Origin: Marsupella aquatica
Lineage: Eukaryota; Plantae; Marchantiophyta
Reading direction: 5' to 3'
Assembly: GCA_973895155.1 (NCBI GenBank)
Contig: OZ316892.1
Span: 11,844,238-11,908,237 of the forward strand
Length of the DNA stretch: 64,000 nt
Positions 36,969 through 51,270 of this stretch are shown piece by piece. The notes under the pieces are model-generated. The model did not search any database. It had not been told where the DNA came from and was given only the letters and a program-made list of their open reading frames with translations. The translations under genes and the position numbers were made by a program. The stretch's first letter is position 1. Each line of letters starts with the position of its first letter.

Positions 36969-39172
36969 GTGGATAAGGGTGTTTTAGAGTACGGCTTGGA
37001 GAACTTATTTCATTTGGGATGGTTCCGTTGTAAACCTTCTCCCAATGTAGGATTACTCATTTTGACTAGAATGACACAAATTGAGAGTGAACAAGCTTTA
37101 CTTATGAACAGGAGACATGTTGGGATCCCATTTCTTTCAGCTGGTTCTAAGAGGAACTCATTACGCGCACAGCAAAGTGAGTAAAGGAAACAAAAAAGGA
37201 AGAACGAGCTTGTTAAAGCAAGCTCTCTATGCTTCCAGAGTCTTCCCTTAAGTGTTCTGATGAGGCGCAGCAACTGCTGGGGGAATGAGGGCTGAGCGGG
37301 GGACCGAGGGCATTGAGTCACTTACATTAGTTTGGGTTCTCTAAGATTTCGTCAGCTAACTTGAAGTTTTCGTGTCAGTTTACGAGAACTAGAGAAATTC
37401 CCGGCTTCCTTTCTCTCCGGAGTTCATGCGATTCGTCTGTACTACGCATTGCGTCTGTGCCATTGTGTCTTTGCCACGTCTAATACGTCGTACTGCATCG
37501 CTGCCATTGCGTCTTTGCAGTTGATTCTACGCAATGCCGGAAATCCCGCGGGACTCAAATGTGTGGGATTTACTGAATTAGTTGTGCTTGATGGCCAGTT
37601 CAGGCGGCTGACATTTGTTTAGTAGATGCAGCGATAGTCCTCTTCTTGGCTTAACTTTAGGTCAGTATTGTGATAACTGAAAATGGGTTTTGTGCGCAGT
37701 TGTCGCAGTATTATCAAAACCTTATTATCATAAACCATTTTGTTTAGCGCATTGAGACCACAGTTTTGGTCACGGGGCCTTGTTTCGTAGATCTTTGGGA
37801 GTTCTGTTTGACGATCCTCGTTGGCTTGGCAGATTCATATGCCACACTTTGTGTGCTGCAAGAACTTACCTTATCACTGGAACTTACCTTCTCACAGGAT
37901 GATTCTTAGAGGTAGATGGCAGAATCTTAATGGTTCAAACAAGTCGTAGGCTCTTTTACATTGCTCCGGTAATACGATTAAAGCAGTTAAAAGAAAACAT
38001 TGGCGCAAAGAATAACTAATTTTAAAATATTGCTGAGTGCAATAAAGTTCGTTGTATGTGAAGCAAGTTTCCTCTAAAGACAAACAAGACTAGGTCTAGA
38101 GGGTTTGCGAACAGTTATTTGCAACCTAGACCCCGAATGCATCACAAGCGAAAAAATTTCACCTGCCAACACATAACACAAAGTATACCCTACACGAGCG
38201 AAAGGGTATTTTCCTCAAGGAAGTCGATTCCATGAAAATCAAAATGTTTGTAAAAAATTGAGACCTCTAAATAGGAAGCATGAACGTCACTCATTGCTAC
38301 GATAAGGATTGCCAACCATCTTATCCTGTGCATACATTGGTACATGCTTCGACTTGCGCTGGGGCAGCTCAAAGCTATGGGGACCAAGGAGCACTATCCA
38401 ACTATCTCTGCATTTTGCCTACATGACATTGACACGTTGACCTGTACAGCGCATTGCCCAGCAGTATCAACTCTTGCCTCAAAGAAGACAGCCTACGAAA
38501 TGACGGGCTGCCCTGGATGAATCCAATATGACGGAAAGCTTGTGATAAAGTTCTTTGTTAATTCGAAAAGATATCCCGTAAAGGATTCCAATATTTAGCT
38601 GCAGATTTCGAGCTAGAACATCTCATTGTCCTTCGACAATGTTTTGGAACAATAAATCCACGAATTAGATCCTAAATAGTTGCTATTTTACAAAAACTCA
38701 AGCTGACCTGAAGATATTTTGAGGTGTGCTTTCTAAGAGACAAAATTTCGATTCACTGAAAAACAGGAGTTCTCCAGAGAGGTACTTCCGTTTTATCTGC
38801 ACAGAGCCCATAATGAAGCCTTGCTCCTTAAGCTGCCCTGGAATACAAAATAGATGAAGATCTATGCCTCAGTTCGCACAGGTGCCAGCAGAAAGAATTA
38901 GAAGAAAAGAAATCGCTGTCATCCAAAATAGTGGCTGATGGGTAAGAAACAAACCACCACGTGGCACATGACTGCAGCAACCAATGCCGCATACGAGAAA
39001 AGCTTTCTTAATGTTGTGCTGAACTGTACATTTTAAGTATCTGATTATATGAACGTCTTTTCTGGGAAGTTACGGACGTAATGACCCCACTTCCATGCAG
39101 TCATCTTATACTACAATTTTGGGGTTAGGAGGTTTTCATGGTTAAATATTTGACTATTTGACTAAGGTTCGT

Positions 39173-42100
39173 TTAGTCAGCTGCGGCTGAAACTGCTTTA
39201 TTAATATCCAAATAAGTCAGTCTGCACGTTCCCAGAAGATGCTCTGGCAGCTCCTCCTCCGTGTCGGCCTACAAGACGAAAGTACCGCAGAGTTCAAACA
39301 AACAGACAGATCGTTAATCGTACTGGTATTGAAGAAACTTCGAGCGCATCAAAACTCTTGCTTTAAGCAGTTCCAATCGTACAACATCAATGGTCAACTA
39401 AACCACAAACTTCTTACTTATAATTGACATCTGAAATCTGAAATCTTTAAGCGGCCGAAAGGAATCTCCAGAAATGATTATAAGAGAATGAGACCCACCT
39501 GTATAAGAAAAGCCATCTCAATTACCAGCTTGCTTAGATATCCAATAACGAGATTCACCACTCCCTTTGCGACAGAAGAAGATCCGATGTCGACATCCAG
39601 CTGTAGTGAGGCATACAGGCAAAGGGTAATTTAAATCACAAAACCCGTTGTGAATCAAATGCTGGCATACGATATCATCAATTCACATTATCCAAGCCAT
39701 CTGTAAATAAACAATAGTGTGCACTAACGATTCGAAGGTAATGAGCAACTGAAGTCATCAGAGAAATTGTACAACACCTCAATGTAATTCCTCCCGGTGT
39801 GATAGTTGATAGTGAGTGCCTGTCCAATAAGACAAGCTGTTTTCCCAACACTTTGTTTCACAATCCAAGAACCCTGAAACGGTGGTACCACTAAAACTAG
39901 TAAGTTCTCAGAAGGATTTCCTAGAGTCAGGCAACCTAATAGAAAAGGTCAGAGGCCCCCCATGTTGGAAGTATCCATCAAACTTCAAAACCCCAGGTCA
40001 CAAAACAAATAGTCCTATAGGTATCATTAGCTGTTAAGTTTGAAAAGACGCATACCTTAGCTATGTGGGGGATGAGTTTAAATCGAGAATTTCTAAACCG
40101 ATCATCACCATTCACAAATTTTTCTAACAGGGGATCCTCTTCTAGCCGCTTGAACGTCATGTAATATAATGACAATGAATGAGTCGTTCCACCCGGAACC
40201 TGCCAAATAGACACATAACGTGACGGTACCAATAAATGAGAAGTCAAAACGTAGGTAACAATGGTGATCGGATGGTAACATCCTCCAAGACATTCAAATT
40301 GAGCCCCCAAAAAATAAAAAATTCTATGAACACCAGACCTATTCATCTTTAGCCACAGACATTTCTTAATATGTAGGAGAAAGTCTTCATTACTCACTTG
40401 CAGGTTGATGATGAAGAAATATGGCAGGCGACTAGTGGAGTTCCTCTGCATGGCAATCACGTGAAGTATCAATAATCGCCTTAACTGGACTCCAAAAGCT
40501 TTCTTCACTACAACAAGTTTACTGAAAACGTCACCTATGACATCATAAAAACTGGATTTCGAGTGAATATCAATCACGGTATACCACAATAAAGCTACCA
40601 ATGGACACAATAGACCAAAATCTTACACAACCGATGATGCAAAATCAAACCAAACAAAATGTAAGGAGTCGATGAGAAACTTCTTTACCTGAAATCTTGT
40701 GGTTAGTATTTGGACAAGGTTACTAGGCCGACAAGCAAGATGATCCTCCCGTTTATCGGACTTTAACCAGTCAGCTGCAATAAATTGCATCCAAGGCTCC
40801 CGTGCCTTCATCTGCATCGTAAAAGCAATTAGCTTTCAAATCCGGAGAACCAGATCATCAGCATCGATCCTCACAACTCGTTGAGGTCAAACAATTTACT
40901 CCCCTCCCACTAAGGCCTCCACACCAACAATCCCGTTTCCTACCGTGTACGCTGAAAAAGATTATCAGTCTACCTTAAGGTTGTCTTGTAAATACTTTTT
41001 GCCTCGAATAAGGAAGGTCTCCGCATCAGCGTTTTCCCAGCAGCTGCTGGGCATGGCCTCTGAACCCTTAGGGAGTGAACCCTCTTTGCTAAGTGTTTCT
41101 GCTTCAATTTCGTTTATTCCACTCTCAGGTTGATTCTTCTTTTGTACTGATCACATCATCAGGAAAGGATTGTTGGACAAGAAGGTTAGCGTGCTTGGCC
41201 CATGCATCTTGCAACCAAGACCCTGATAACCGTACAACAAACTCTGTTAAGACTTAGAAAATATTTGCAAGGAAATCCATACCTCGAAAAAGCCTAACAA
41301 TAAGCGTTCGGACAAAAATTTCACATCCCATTAAATAGACCATACTATAAACAAGACTGACTCTAATTTCCTGCAAAATCCCAGAAAGTTGTCACACAAC
41401 CATCGCTCTATCCAAAATAAATGACCCCCTGACGATAAGTATGTGGCCATGAAGAATTCATAAATAGAATTTGAAACTTACAATTCATAAATAGAATTTG
41501 AAACTTACAAGGAGGTGAATTGATCAGCGAGGGTACCATACCATCACTGATCCATGTCACCGGAATGGCAAAAAACAAACTTGTGACAAGCCTTACTACT
41601 GCAGAAACAGAAAACAAGACCACACCTGTATTTGCAAGCTCGTGCAATCGTTTCACTATAGTAGCAGCTGTAGAAAGCTTTGGAGCTCTAGGAGACTGCA
41701 TGACCAACTCAACAGCGAGAATTTTTGTTAGAAAAGATCTGTATTGTAAAAATCGAATATGTGTTCACGATAGGATTCACAAATTGTCCGACCATACCGA
41801 GATTCACAAATTCATGGTTTTAAGAATATCCCAGGTCAGATTTCTTTGGTCTCTAGCCACGTCACCCGTTATTGGACTGCCAGAGAGCAATCCAACTAAA
41901 ACAATGACTGTAAAGATGATTAAAGTACGTCTCTAACACTAGAGACTGCACGTATGTGTTCCCAAGGTTATATTGAAAATTATGCCAAGGCATACCTTCA
42001 ATTTTTCATCATCGTCATCCAAGGTCCCCTCTGCCTCCTTTGACTGTCTTAGAGACCCAGCGTCAGCAGAATCCCACCACGAGGCCTCTTCTTGAACGTC

Positions 42101-45100
42101 ATAAAACTCGTCTCCATCTCCAAGCTGTAGGAAAGTTCTGTCTGCAGTTCCAACTCCATCTTGCGAGTCTAACCCCTCCAGCGACTTCTGATGTGCAACG
42201 GTCGCGTCGTCTGCTTTCTTTCCTTGCACAATAGTAGCAACTACCCCATTGCTAGTTGCAGCATCCGCCAAACTCTTTAATGAATCTGAGGTCCCTAAAG
42301 AGTTTACAATCAGAGCAGCTGGTCTGGCTTTGTATACCTCTCGTATGGCTGCAGTTCAAACGGTAACGTCTCCTCAATGATGGATTTTCGTGAGACCTTC
42401 CCACTATTGCAACCCTTAGCTACTCTAAAATTTATCAAGTTTAATCAAGTGCAAACCAAATCAAACCGGATTCTTAAGTAGGAACCAAGAATCTGAAGGA
42501 AAAAATAGTCATCAAGTCACCTGCTATGCGCTCTAGAACCCGGAGAGTCACTTCTTGTTCTGAACTGGGCTGAAAACACGTTTGCCAGACTTTCCAATCG
42601 GCTGTTATCATGTGCCTTACAAGTGACCTACATTGGGGCCCCTGGGGTCCAAGGGGTGCTATCACGTACCCACCACCTGGTGAAAAACCGTCCTCGTCAG
42701 CGTTTCTTTGCCTCGTGCATCATGGCACAAAGGTATCCATTTTACAGCTGAATTCTATGAAACAGAAATTAGCCTATCTGCAAGAAATCCTAGTCACAGA
42801 GAAAGTGAATTATTGTGTATAGATACTTACTCTTTAGCTTAGCCCGCACAAACCCACGTCGTGGAGGGCATTTATCATGTTTTACTGACCGATAAAGTAT
42901 CACTGCAGATGTTATACGATGAGTACAATTAGCACACATCTATGAAAAACAATAACCAGTTTAGCCAACGAATCAGTTCAAACGCCTCTAGAAAGACAGC
43001 AGCATGTTTCAAACTTTTGTAAACACTTTAAGAAAGAAATGTACCATATGAGCCATCATCCTCACGCCTCCAGTAGCGAAGGAGTACCAGGTCTCTAGGC
43101 TTCATTCGCCTGCAAGATCCCCATGAAAACTTAAAATCTGGGTCACAGAATTTGCAAAACTGTCGACCTGAACACTATCTGAACAACCAACCTGGCGCGA
43201 TCCAAAGCTTTGAATTAATTGGCAGAATCACATAGGTTATTCAAACGATTCTCTTCGAAAAATGGAAGACGGGTAATGATCCCTAATATTCTCGGGGGAA
43301 TTCTAATATCCACACGACGATATATTACTGCACTGCACTACCTAGGATAAATGGCCCGACCGCTACCCTATGTAACTCTAGCTCAGAGGCCATATGTGAG
43401 GCTACTGCAAAAGTAGAAGGCTCTGTTATTCCTTAATTTTTCAGAGATTATTTTGGACGAAGAAGATCTGAGGCCAAGACATATACTTTAACAGTAAAGA
43501 AAAGGAGGTACAGAAAGGCCGCAGCAAGCGAAGAGTCGACGAAGGAAGCTTCTAAAGTAAAATGTGATAATAGTGCTGACAGGCTTAAGCAGCTACGATG
43601 CCACACAAAATCTCCGTGCCCTCAAGCTGCGTGAGACTATATTTTAATAAGAGACCATTTGCATTTATGTGCACTACTACAGAAGTCGACAGAGCACTTC
43701 CAAGGACAGAATTTTTTTACATAGAGAAAAAGCTTTACGTGGACAACCGGACTATGCTTATGACTGCTCTAAGATCTAGCTTTGCATTTTGAAAAGCTTT
43801 CACTTGCTTAACATACCAGGGCATCCAATTGGAGTGAAATTGTTTGTGAATGATGTCTGTATGTCCATCAATATGCTCGATGACCTTGCCCTTCAGATAA
43901 CAAAAATCCCATCTGTAGCGAGAACAACGTATTAAAGGTGTAAAAAGTTAACAAACTCCCTAAAATATCCAACGTCATAACAATAGACTTTCACTTACTC
44001 ATGTCGCGAAGCTCCCAAAGCCATTGCTGTCTCGAATATAGCCTCACAGGACGCATGCACAACACCAACTGCCATCAAGGCCGGTTGATCCTCCTTGAAA
44101 ACCTGCAATAGAGAAAACAGAGTGGAACATTAGGCCTGGGACGAACTTCTTCACACCAGACGAGACCTTCAACGAGTGGAAATGGTCTTTATTTTACCAT
44201 GTTTTTCAATCCAAACCCTGGATTATCTGTTGTCTCCATGAACAGACGCAAACCTGTCAACAAGCAGTGACACTAAGTCAGAATGCAGAATTAGAAGACT
44301 TTGGAGCACATATCCAGAGTTGCAAAACCACAGGGTACGGTTAATCTAAGTAACTGAGTACGCTACAGTTTCTTCCACCAAAGCCTTACCATTTTTACAG
44401 CCAATTATCCTCCATGGTGAAGTTGCAACAACATCTGGTGAACCGTCCTTGAAGGACAATGCTCCTGTCCAGTCAGGTACAGCTGTTGACAAGATGGAAA
44501 GGGGAACAAAGGCCCACATTTGTCAGTTTGTGCCTTCAAACAAGTACGTTCTTTCGCTCCATAGGATTGAAAATTACGTGATAAGACATTTTGCAGCTCC
44601 CACCCACTGACAGGTCAGATGCGAGCCATTTCTGGCCCGAGAACCCAGGACAAAGAAGTGTCTCAGTCGACAACAACTTCAAAGATATCAAACGCCGCCA
44701 TTAAAGAAGCATCTTGAAAGGAGACTACCAAGTGATGTACCGCTGCCCCACAAGGCACTTGATCTTGGGACTTTTACGGACGTTTTAATCGACTGAGATA
44801 CAACGAACCACAGAACTAAGCAAAGGATAGCCAGCTCTCATACCTGCAGCTTCGTCTACTTGATAGGATTCCAGGCCCAAAGATGGATAGCTGATTAGCC
44901 CCGAACCACCTCTTTTCCTGGTAAGAGGATTGGACAGAGATGATCAGAACATAGGTACAAGGATTCCCAAATAATTAGGATTGAAAAGGGATGACCAGAA
45001 CATAGCTACATGGATTCCCAAATAACTTGGATTCGAAAGTGATGACCAGAACATAGCTACATGGATAGTACATGCAAGCCGCCTGCTTCCATATGGTAGC

Positions 45101-48009
45101 CATAATTCTCTAAATTCCAAAATAATCATAATTCTCTAAATTCCAGAATTCCCTAAAATAATGACTCCAGACCTTGTGAACTACAAGAGAGCTGCCGATG
45201 GAATATCTAGTAAAGTATGACGTCTATGAGTCGAGTCACCAACAAAGCCCCAGTCACCGAATCGTAAAACCGGGACAGCTGAGTTAGGGTCACATGTGGA
45301 AATCACGAGTCAGCACTACGATTTATTGCAAAATGACCGACCAACTTTCGAGAGGTATTGTACCTGAAAGGAAGCCGCCTTCTTCCATGTGCTGCCACGA
45401 ATGCTCCATTTTTCCCTTTGGCGTGGGCCTTGGAGGAGAAGACACAAAAATAGGTTCAATAGTTTACATAAACTATAAAAACCCTCTGACCAGATAAGGC
45501 TGAAGCAGCAAATGAACCACATTATCTTAAGCTACACTTTCATTAACTGACCACTTTTATAAACTAGCTCCAAGTATAGTCATATGCAACAATTTGCTTG
45601 GATTTCCATGCTTGCGAGCGCCTCATAGCGGAAAAGCCAAACCTGTTCAGCAGCAGCTTTAAAGGCAGTCATCCACTTCGCCGCTTCTTCTGCTCTTCTT
45701 GCCCCAAACTGCAAGCACAGTGTCAGAAACTAGAGGCGGCACATATGACTCTTGTCCGAATGCTATGACCATGTCCTTCGCTAAATGATTCATCGCGGTG
45801 TCAATGTTGAACTAACTATAGTGAAAAGCAGAGTTATCCGTTCAGAAAAAGTCCGAGAGTTCGAAGCCATGCACTACGAACTAGTTATGGAAATATTGGA
45901 GAACATCAGGGAGAGGAAACATCCTCACTTTCAGCTGATTCTCGCTAGCGGTTGAATCATATACTGTAAAAACAAACAGCACCTGCAGCCACGTAACTTT
46001 GCCTCAATAAAATAGTACTAGCAATGGATTAGAAAACTGCAATGCAAGAAAGGTCTGTATACAGAAAATTTACATTCAGTCCTCGCTATCAATTTTCCCA
46101 TGCAAGATTTTACTTCTAGGACAACAAATTGCTTGTCCCACTCCTGTAAAGCATGGATATCAAGTCAAACTGCTTCGCTAAGTTAAACAGAATAAAGGAG
46201 AGATCACAATTTCGAAATCAAATCTGAAGTTTCACACAGGAGACGATACATATCATCGCAACCAACTAAAATTCAGATACCTACTTGGCTGTGTATAGTT
46301 TCACGTCCATTGTCCGTCACACGAGTGTATGGGTCAATTACGCCTTTTCTTATTGGGACCTGGATAACCCGATTTTCAATTCCTCGTTAAAAGTGAGATC
46401 GTTGATGAATTTCATCAAACTGCAAAGCATTCACTTCACCTCACTGGAAAAGTAATTAGTTACAGACCGACGAATCGCAGAAATTTGTGGAGGTCGTGAT
46501 TAAGAGACTTCCAGAGGACGATATGGTGATGATGCTCGTGTTGTGATACAGCTGAATGAATTGACCATGATTAAAGAAAAACAGTGTGCAACACAGCGAA
46601 AGCAGCACACTTTCGGCAAGACTGTCGAGCAGCGTTCTACAGACAGGGCATCAGCAAACAGGAACTTTCAATCGCCCACGCTGGAAGCTAGGGGGGGGAT
46701 GTCATAGACATCCATTTCAATATTGACTTTTAACACGAGTAAATATTCATCTATGTACCTTGGGCACCAGAAAAAATCAGTGTCCCAAATATCAGACAAT
46801 CAAGGATCCCTTTTCTTATCCTACCGTGCAGAGCAGTCCTTGCGGGCAACTCGCCCTGAAATCATTGTCAACCAATCCATCTCATCGCACAGGATTGGCA
46901 GAAATTTCCAAATACATGAAATTTCACTCCAAACCTCCGTGTAAATTCGAACTTCAAATTATCTCAGGTGCCCTCCGTTCCGTTACTATCGACAACCCGT
47001 GGCCCTCTGTACCTCTCCTCCATAGTCTAACAGCCTCATCGATAACTTCAACCTCCCGTTCCCCGGCATTGGTGGGATACAAGGCTAATAGAATGCATCT
47101 TTCAATAGCCCCGTCAGCTACGATTAATACGGAAACATATGTCTCATGGCCAACATTCCTACAACGTTTTAAGAAGAGGAAAGCTCCTGGGTTCGCTGTC
47201 AAGAGATGCATCTGTCATTTAACCAATCTTAACAAGTACGGCTGTAGGATATGAATTAGAGCAGTAAGCTTCACAGTCCCTCCGCATCCAATTGATAATA
47301 AATGTCGACTTTTGCAGAACGCCATGCAGTAATGAATTTTCGCGCCTAAGCAAAGCTGCCGGTAAAGCTAACACATTCACAACTCGGACGAGAAGAGCAC
47401 TGAGTCTCTCTCTCCAACGGGAAGCCTAGTCCCAACGACTTCCACACAGTTAATGTTGTTTGATATTCAAGCTCTAACCGCATACGAGACCCTTCACTTT
47501 CAATTTTAACGGTAGGGGCCTTCCGTTTCCTTCTGTCTGTCCAGGATTGATACCTTAGACCAAGAACGTGTAGGAATCGTGAAGAAACAGTGGCTAAGTA
47601 ATTGAATAAGCAATGAGGTTTCTCCCCTACCTCGTTACGCCAACAAAATTATCTGCACGTGTCTTCCACGACACTCATCGGTGGTAAGTTTAAATTTATA
47701 TTTAATCTGAACGCACAGATCTGATTTCGTGCAGTTCAAGCATTTTCAATTGATCTCCAGCAAATACCGCTCCGGTGGTAAGTAAACCAAATTTGCAAAC
47801 ATTTTTGCGAACAACTCCAAACAAGAAGTAAGCCTGACCTGTTCCGCATCTCCAGGCTTGGTCCTGTAGCAAGATGCGACACCCCCTTCCAGGACGAAGT
47901 AACGCTTTTGAGGGTACTGCCCCCGCAACCTCCTTGCTGCTATCAAATACAGCCATCCCTCCGCTCTCTTCACTGCTGGCGCAACGGCAGGTTCTTCCCC
48001 TGCTGTCAT
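39173..48009 (-). CDS. EDR2L: EDR2-like PH-START-DUF1336 lipid-binding protein, 22 coding exons
   Basis: Exons joined via GT-AG sites, e.g. 48009-47839 (EGWLY..KRYFVLEG, PH), 46359-46285 (RVTDNGRETIH), 45982-45929, 45708-45643 (EEAAKWMTAF), 44482-44390 (SPWRIIGCKNG); START domain exons (ALMAVGVVHASCEAIF, WDFCY, PRDLVLLRYWRREDDGSY); DUF1336 exons (FLIRGKKYL, AADWL, FFIINLQVPG, FRNSRFKLIP, GSWIVKQSVG, DVDIGSSSVA, EEELPEHLLG); TAA at 39175-39173. Confidence 0.95.
44925..45064. repeat. Intronic minisatellite, 51-bp unit x~2.7
   Basis: GATGA(T/C)CAGAACATAG(G/C)TACA(A/T)GGA repeated three times, abutting the acceptor of EDR2L exon 6. Confidence 0.85.
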
Positions 48010-49674
48010 CGTAATCGCCTCAAACCTTTCAAATGATCAGCACAGCCTTATACGGTAACTAGTACCACCTACCCAGGTTCCCCTCTAATCTTCTGTTTCG
48101 TCTTCTCCGTTCTTCCATGCCTACAAGTTGCACACAAATTGCCAAGATTCTCGAGGGATTCTCGTATGTATCCGTGCAGAATGTATCTCCACTATCAAGC
48201 AGTCCCTTGATCGTCGGTGATTGCGTTCCATTCCACAATTCGCAACGCCAAGTGTTGATGATCAAGAAAGCAGCGCCTCTGTCCAAAGCTTATCTCCAAA
48301 TCTACACAGCTCAAAGCCCACGCGATTTTCACCGCATTCTGACGTACACCCTTCACCAAGCTTTCATTTTCGCACTCAAGAGAGCCACGTGCAAACAAAA
48401 CCACAGCTCATAAATCTTGCGACTGCTGCCCGCTCAGCGATCATTCTCTGCACCTGTACTTCAACTTCTCCCTCCTGTGACTCCTGTACACACAGGCATC
48501 CCCAATTCCGCAAACGAACACCACAGCTGTCTACTTCATTCACTCTCATCAACCGTCACACAAATCCTCACCCCCCTTGTTTCCCACAAGAAGCCTCCTC
48601 CCCAAAATCTAGTAACGTCTCGTTCCGGGCAGGAAGCACTCGTAGCTCGGTCTGTGCGCACAGTGCAGCACCACGAGCGAGCCAACGAGCCCCTCTCCTC
48701 CTTCCGTCGCATGTCCTACGCGGCTGCCCGGCGTCACCACTGAGCACTGTACATATAACTTTCGAACGCAAAAGAGTAAAGATCCACGCCTGTGCGGGCA
48801 CAACACCAACAGCAGCACAACAACAACAACAATAAATTATCGTCTCTATCTATCTATCTCGCTTTCTCTGTCTCGCTTCGCCGAAAGCGTGAGCGGTGCC
48901 AATCGCGAGCTGCTTGCTCTGTCCTGCAGTCCACCACTCCACCGATCCTCCTCCCTTCCCTGCACAGCCCATCGACAGCTCTGCATGTGCGCTTCTGCGA
49001 GAGGAGGAGCGGGAGATGATGCGGCGCTGAACGGCAGGCAGCTATTCTCCGCAAAGGCAAAATGCCAAAATCTGAAAGCTCCCCATTAACGCGCTCACAC
49101 GCACACGCAAGCTCCAGCGCTGGCGTCGACTAATTTGGGCATTTGGCCCCCGCTCCCGCCCATCCCGGCCCAGAATGGAAAGCGAAAAGGGGTACTCCTG
49201 TACAGGGGTGAAGGGGACTAGAGGAGGGAGGGGTGCTCAAACGCAGGAGGGCCCTTCCTTTCAAAAGGCCGATGAGTCAAACTCTCGTCGTAACGGGCCG
49301 ACGAAGTTTTCTTCGCTTCCTAGTTCCTAGGTCCTAGTTCCTACAATAATAATCCTACGGTACGAGACGGACTGGTCTCCGCGTCCTTGTCCTGTCCTGC
49401 TGTCTTCACTTAGTGACCGTCGAGTCTCCAGGTTGGCAGACGCAGGGACGGTCCTGACTCCTGTGGTCGCTCCACGCTCGTGATAGATAAGACTCCACCG
49501 CTCCCGGCCTCACCCTGCTACGTACGACCTCGCTGGCGGACTGGCCCTACCCATACTTACCCAAGTGTGCCCCGTGCCCAGCCATCGGCTTGCCATTTGC
49601 GGCATGTCCGACCGACCCTCATCACCGTCTCACTGAGATGAGATGAGAGGACTCACTGGCGTTTTTTAAGTGGC

Positions 49675-49921
49675 GAAAATTTGGTTGCATTCAACTTCAA
49701 TGAGAAGTATTAGCCACTTTTGACTGAAATTAGCTTATTAGAGTTTCTTTCTTGCATGTGTATGGCCCTTCAATTTGGGGCCCTAAATCCGTGTTCTGAA
49801 AATTTGGTGCATTCAATTTCTCTGAGAAGTACTAGCCACTTTTGACTGAAATTAGCTTATTAAGAGTTTCTTTCTTGCATGTGTATGGCCCTTCGATTTG
49901 GGGCCCTAAATCCATGTTCTG
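49675..49921. repeat. Tandem duplication, 123-bp unit x2, upstream of EDR2L
   Basis: GAAAATTTGG..GCATTCAA..GAGAAGTA.TAGCCACTTTTGACTGAAATTAGCTTATT...GGGGCCCTAAATCC.TGTTCTG at 49675 and 49798. Confidence 0.92.
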
Positions 49922-51129
49922 GGAGCATATTACTTAAATTAGGAGAAAATAGTGCCTTCCAGGCTTGATGGCTTCATTAGTGGAACAGCAAGGCCAAGGT
50001 CAGAAAACTCTCCTACCCTTGCAATCCTGACCACTTAAATTGGAAGATCCTGCACTCAAGGTTTCATCCCAGGAATTGAAGAGTGTTCAGGGCAAAAACT
50101 TTGAGGGCCAGCAAGGTAATTCTAAGGATGTTTTGCTCCTCCATAGCCAGTTTCTATTCAGCACAGACCTCCCTAGCCAAATTCTAATGGTTATTCTTAA
50201 ATCTAGAGAAATCTGACGGTCAGAAATCAATCTAGGAAAGTTATATGTGACATTTGCCACCCCGGGCAAAAACAAAACAAAAAAAAAACCTTCAAAATTA
50301 AGCTAGAGAGATTCCATCCATGCCTGACCCTGGTTCGACCAGGATGGCTACGGTACCGTGAGGGCTCTTGCCTGACCGTGCCCAGCCCTGGCCAGACAAA
50401 ACCTGGCTGGCTCTACAGTCGGGCGAGCCTGTCCGATATTCCGAACCTATTTACTGAAAAGCAAATTCCCTTCCCAACCCTCCCAGGCGTGACGCTGCTA
50501 TGACCTGCCTACGCCTACTATATGCTGGTTGCTCCCAAAAGCTGAGTGCTGTACTTCATCGAGAAATATGCTCGGTGGGCTCGCACTACATACGTTTTGC
50601 TTTGGGAGACTGCCAATCTTTTTGCGCGTTTGGTGGGAAGGCCAGCGCAACGAACTTGGGTGACAGGGTTAGGTTTTTTTCCTTTTTCCTTTAGTATTTT
50701 GAATTTGTATGGTACCTAATTGTTCATCCGAAGTAGATTTGTATGGCACCTAAATTTCTCATCCGAAGTAAATTTGTGTGGCACTTGGCCTACCCCACAC
50801 ACCCACTACACTCCAACCCTCCCCATCTGGTTGTTTATTTAGTAAAGCCATGTTTACACAGGGTGGTCGGATATAATGTCCTTGAGTTTTGAGGGGCTCT
50901 TATTTGCCCATAATGCTCTGGTAACTACTGTAGATCTTCGTACACTCAAAGGCCTTACAGATTTCTATTTTTACTAATTTTTTTAAAAGTAGACGAGAAC
51001 TTCCATAATGAACTGATCTGAATCTTGACAGGTGAATTCTTCTCCAATATTGCCCTCACAACTACAAAGAGAAAACTCAAGAATGGCATTGAGACATCCA
51101 AATTTTTCATCCACAGTAGATTTGTATGG

Positions 51130-51270
51130 CACTTGGCCCAACGGATACAACCACCCCCACATCAACCTTAACTGCCCGCCCACCCCCCACAACTAGTGGA
51201 GAGGGCCCTGAACCTGAGACTTGTTGGCCCCAATCCCAATCCCTTGGCCACATGGACTAGACTACCAGGG
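51130..51270 (-). mobile_element. Possible tRNA-derived SINE-like remnant
   Basis: Minus strand reads TAGTCCATGTGG (A-box-like)...GGTTCAGGGCC (B-box-like), then a G/T-rich body; homologous to ~5335-5440 (GCACTT.G.CCCAAC, CCCACA.CTAGTG, GAACCTGA). Confidence 0.45.

Noticed and set aside
39978-40610. 210-aa ORF and other long ORFs inside EDR2L
   Set aside because: These are read-through of real exons into introns and are explained by the spliced gene model.
48221-48835. 204-aa + strand ORF
   Set aside because: Low-complexity Ser/Pro/Thr/His sequence antisense to the EDR2L leader, with a non-ATG start and no domain.
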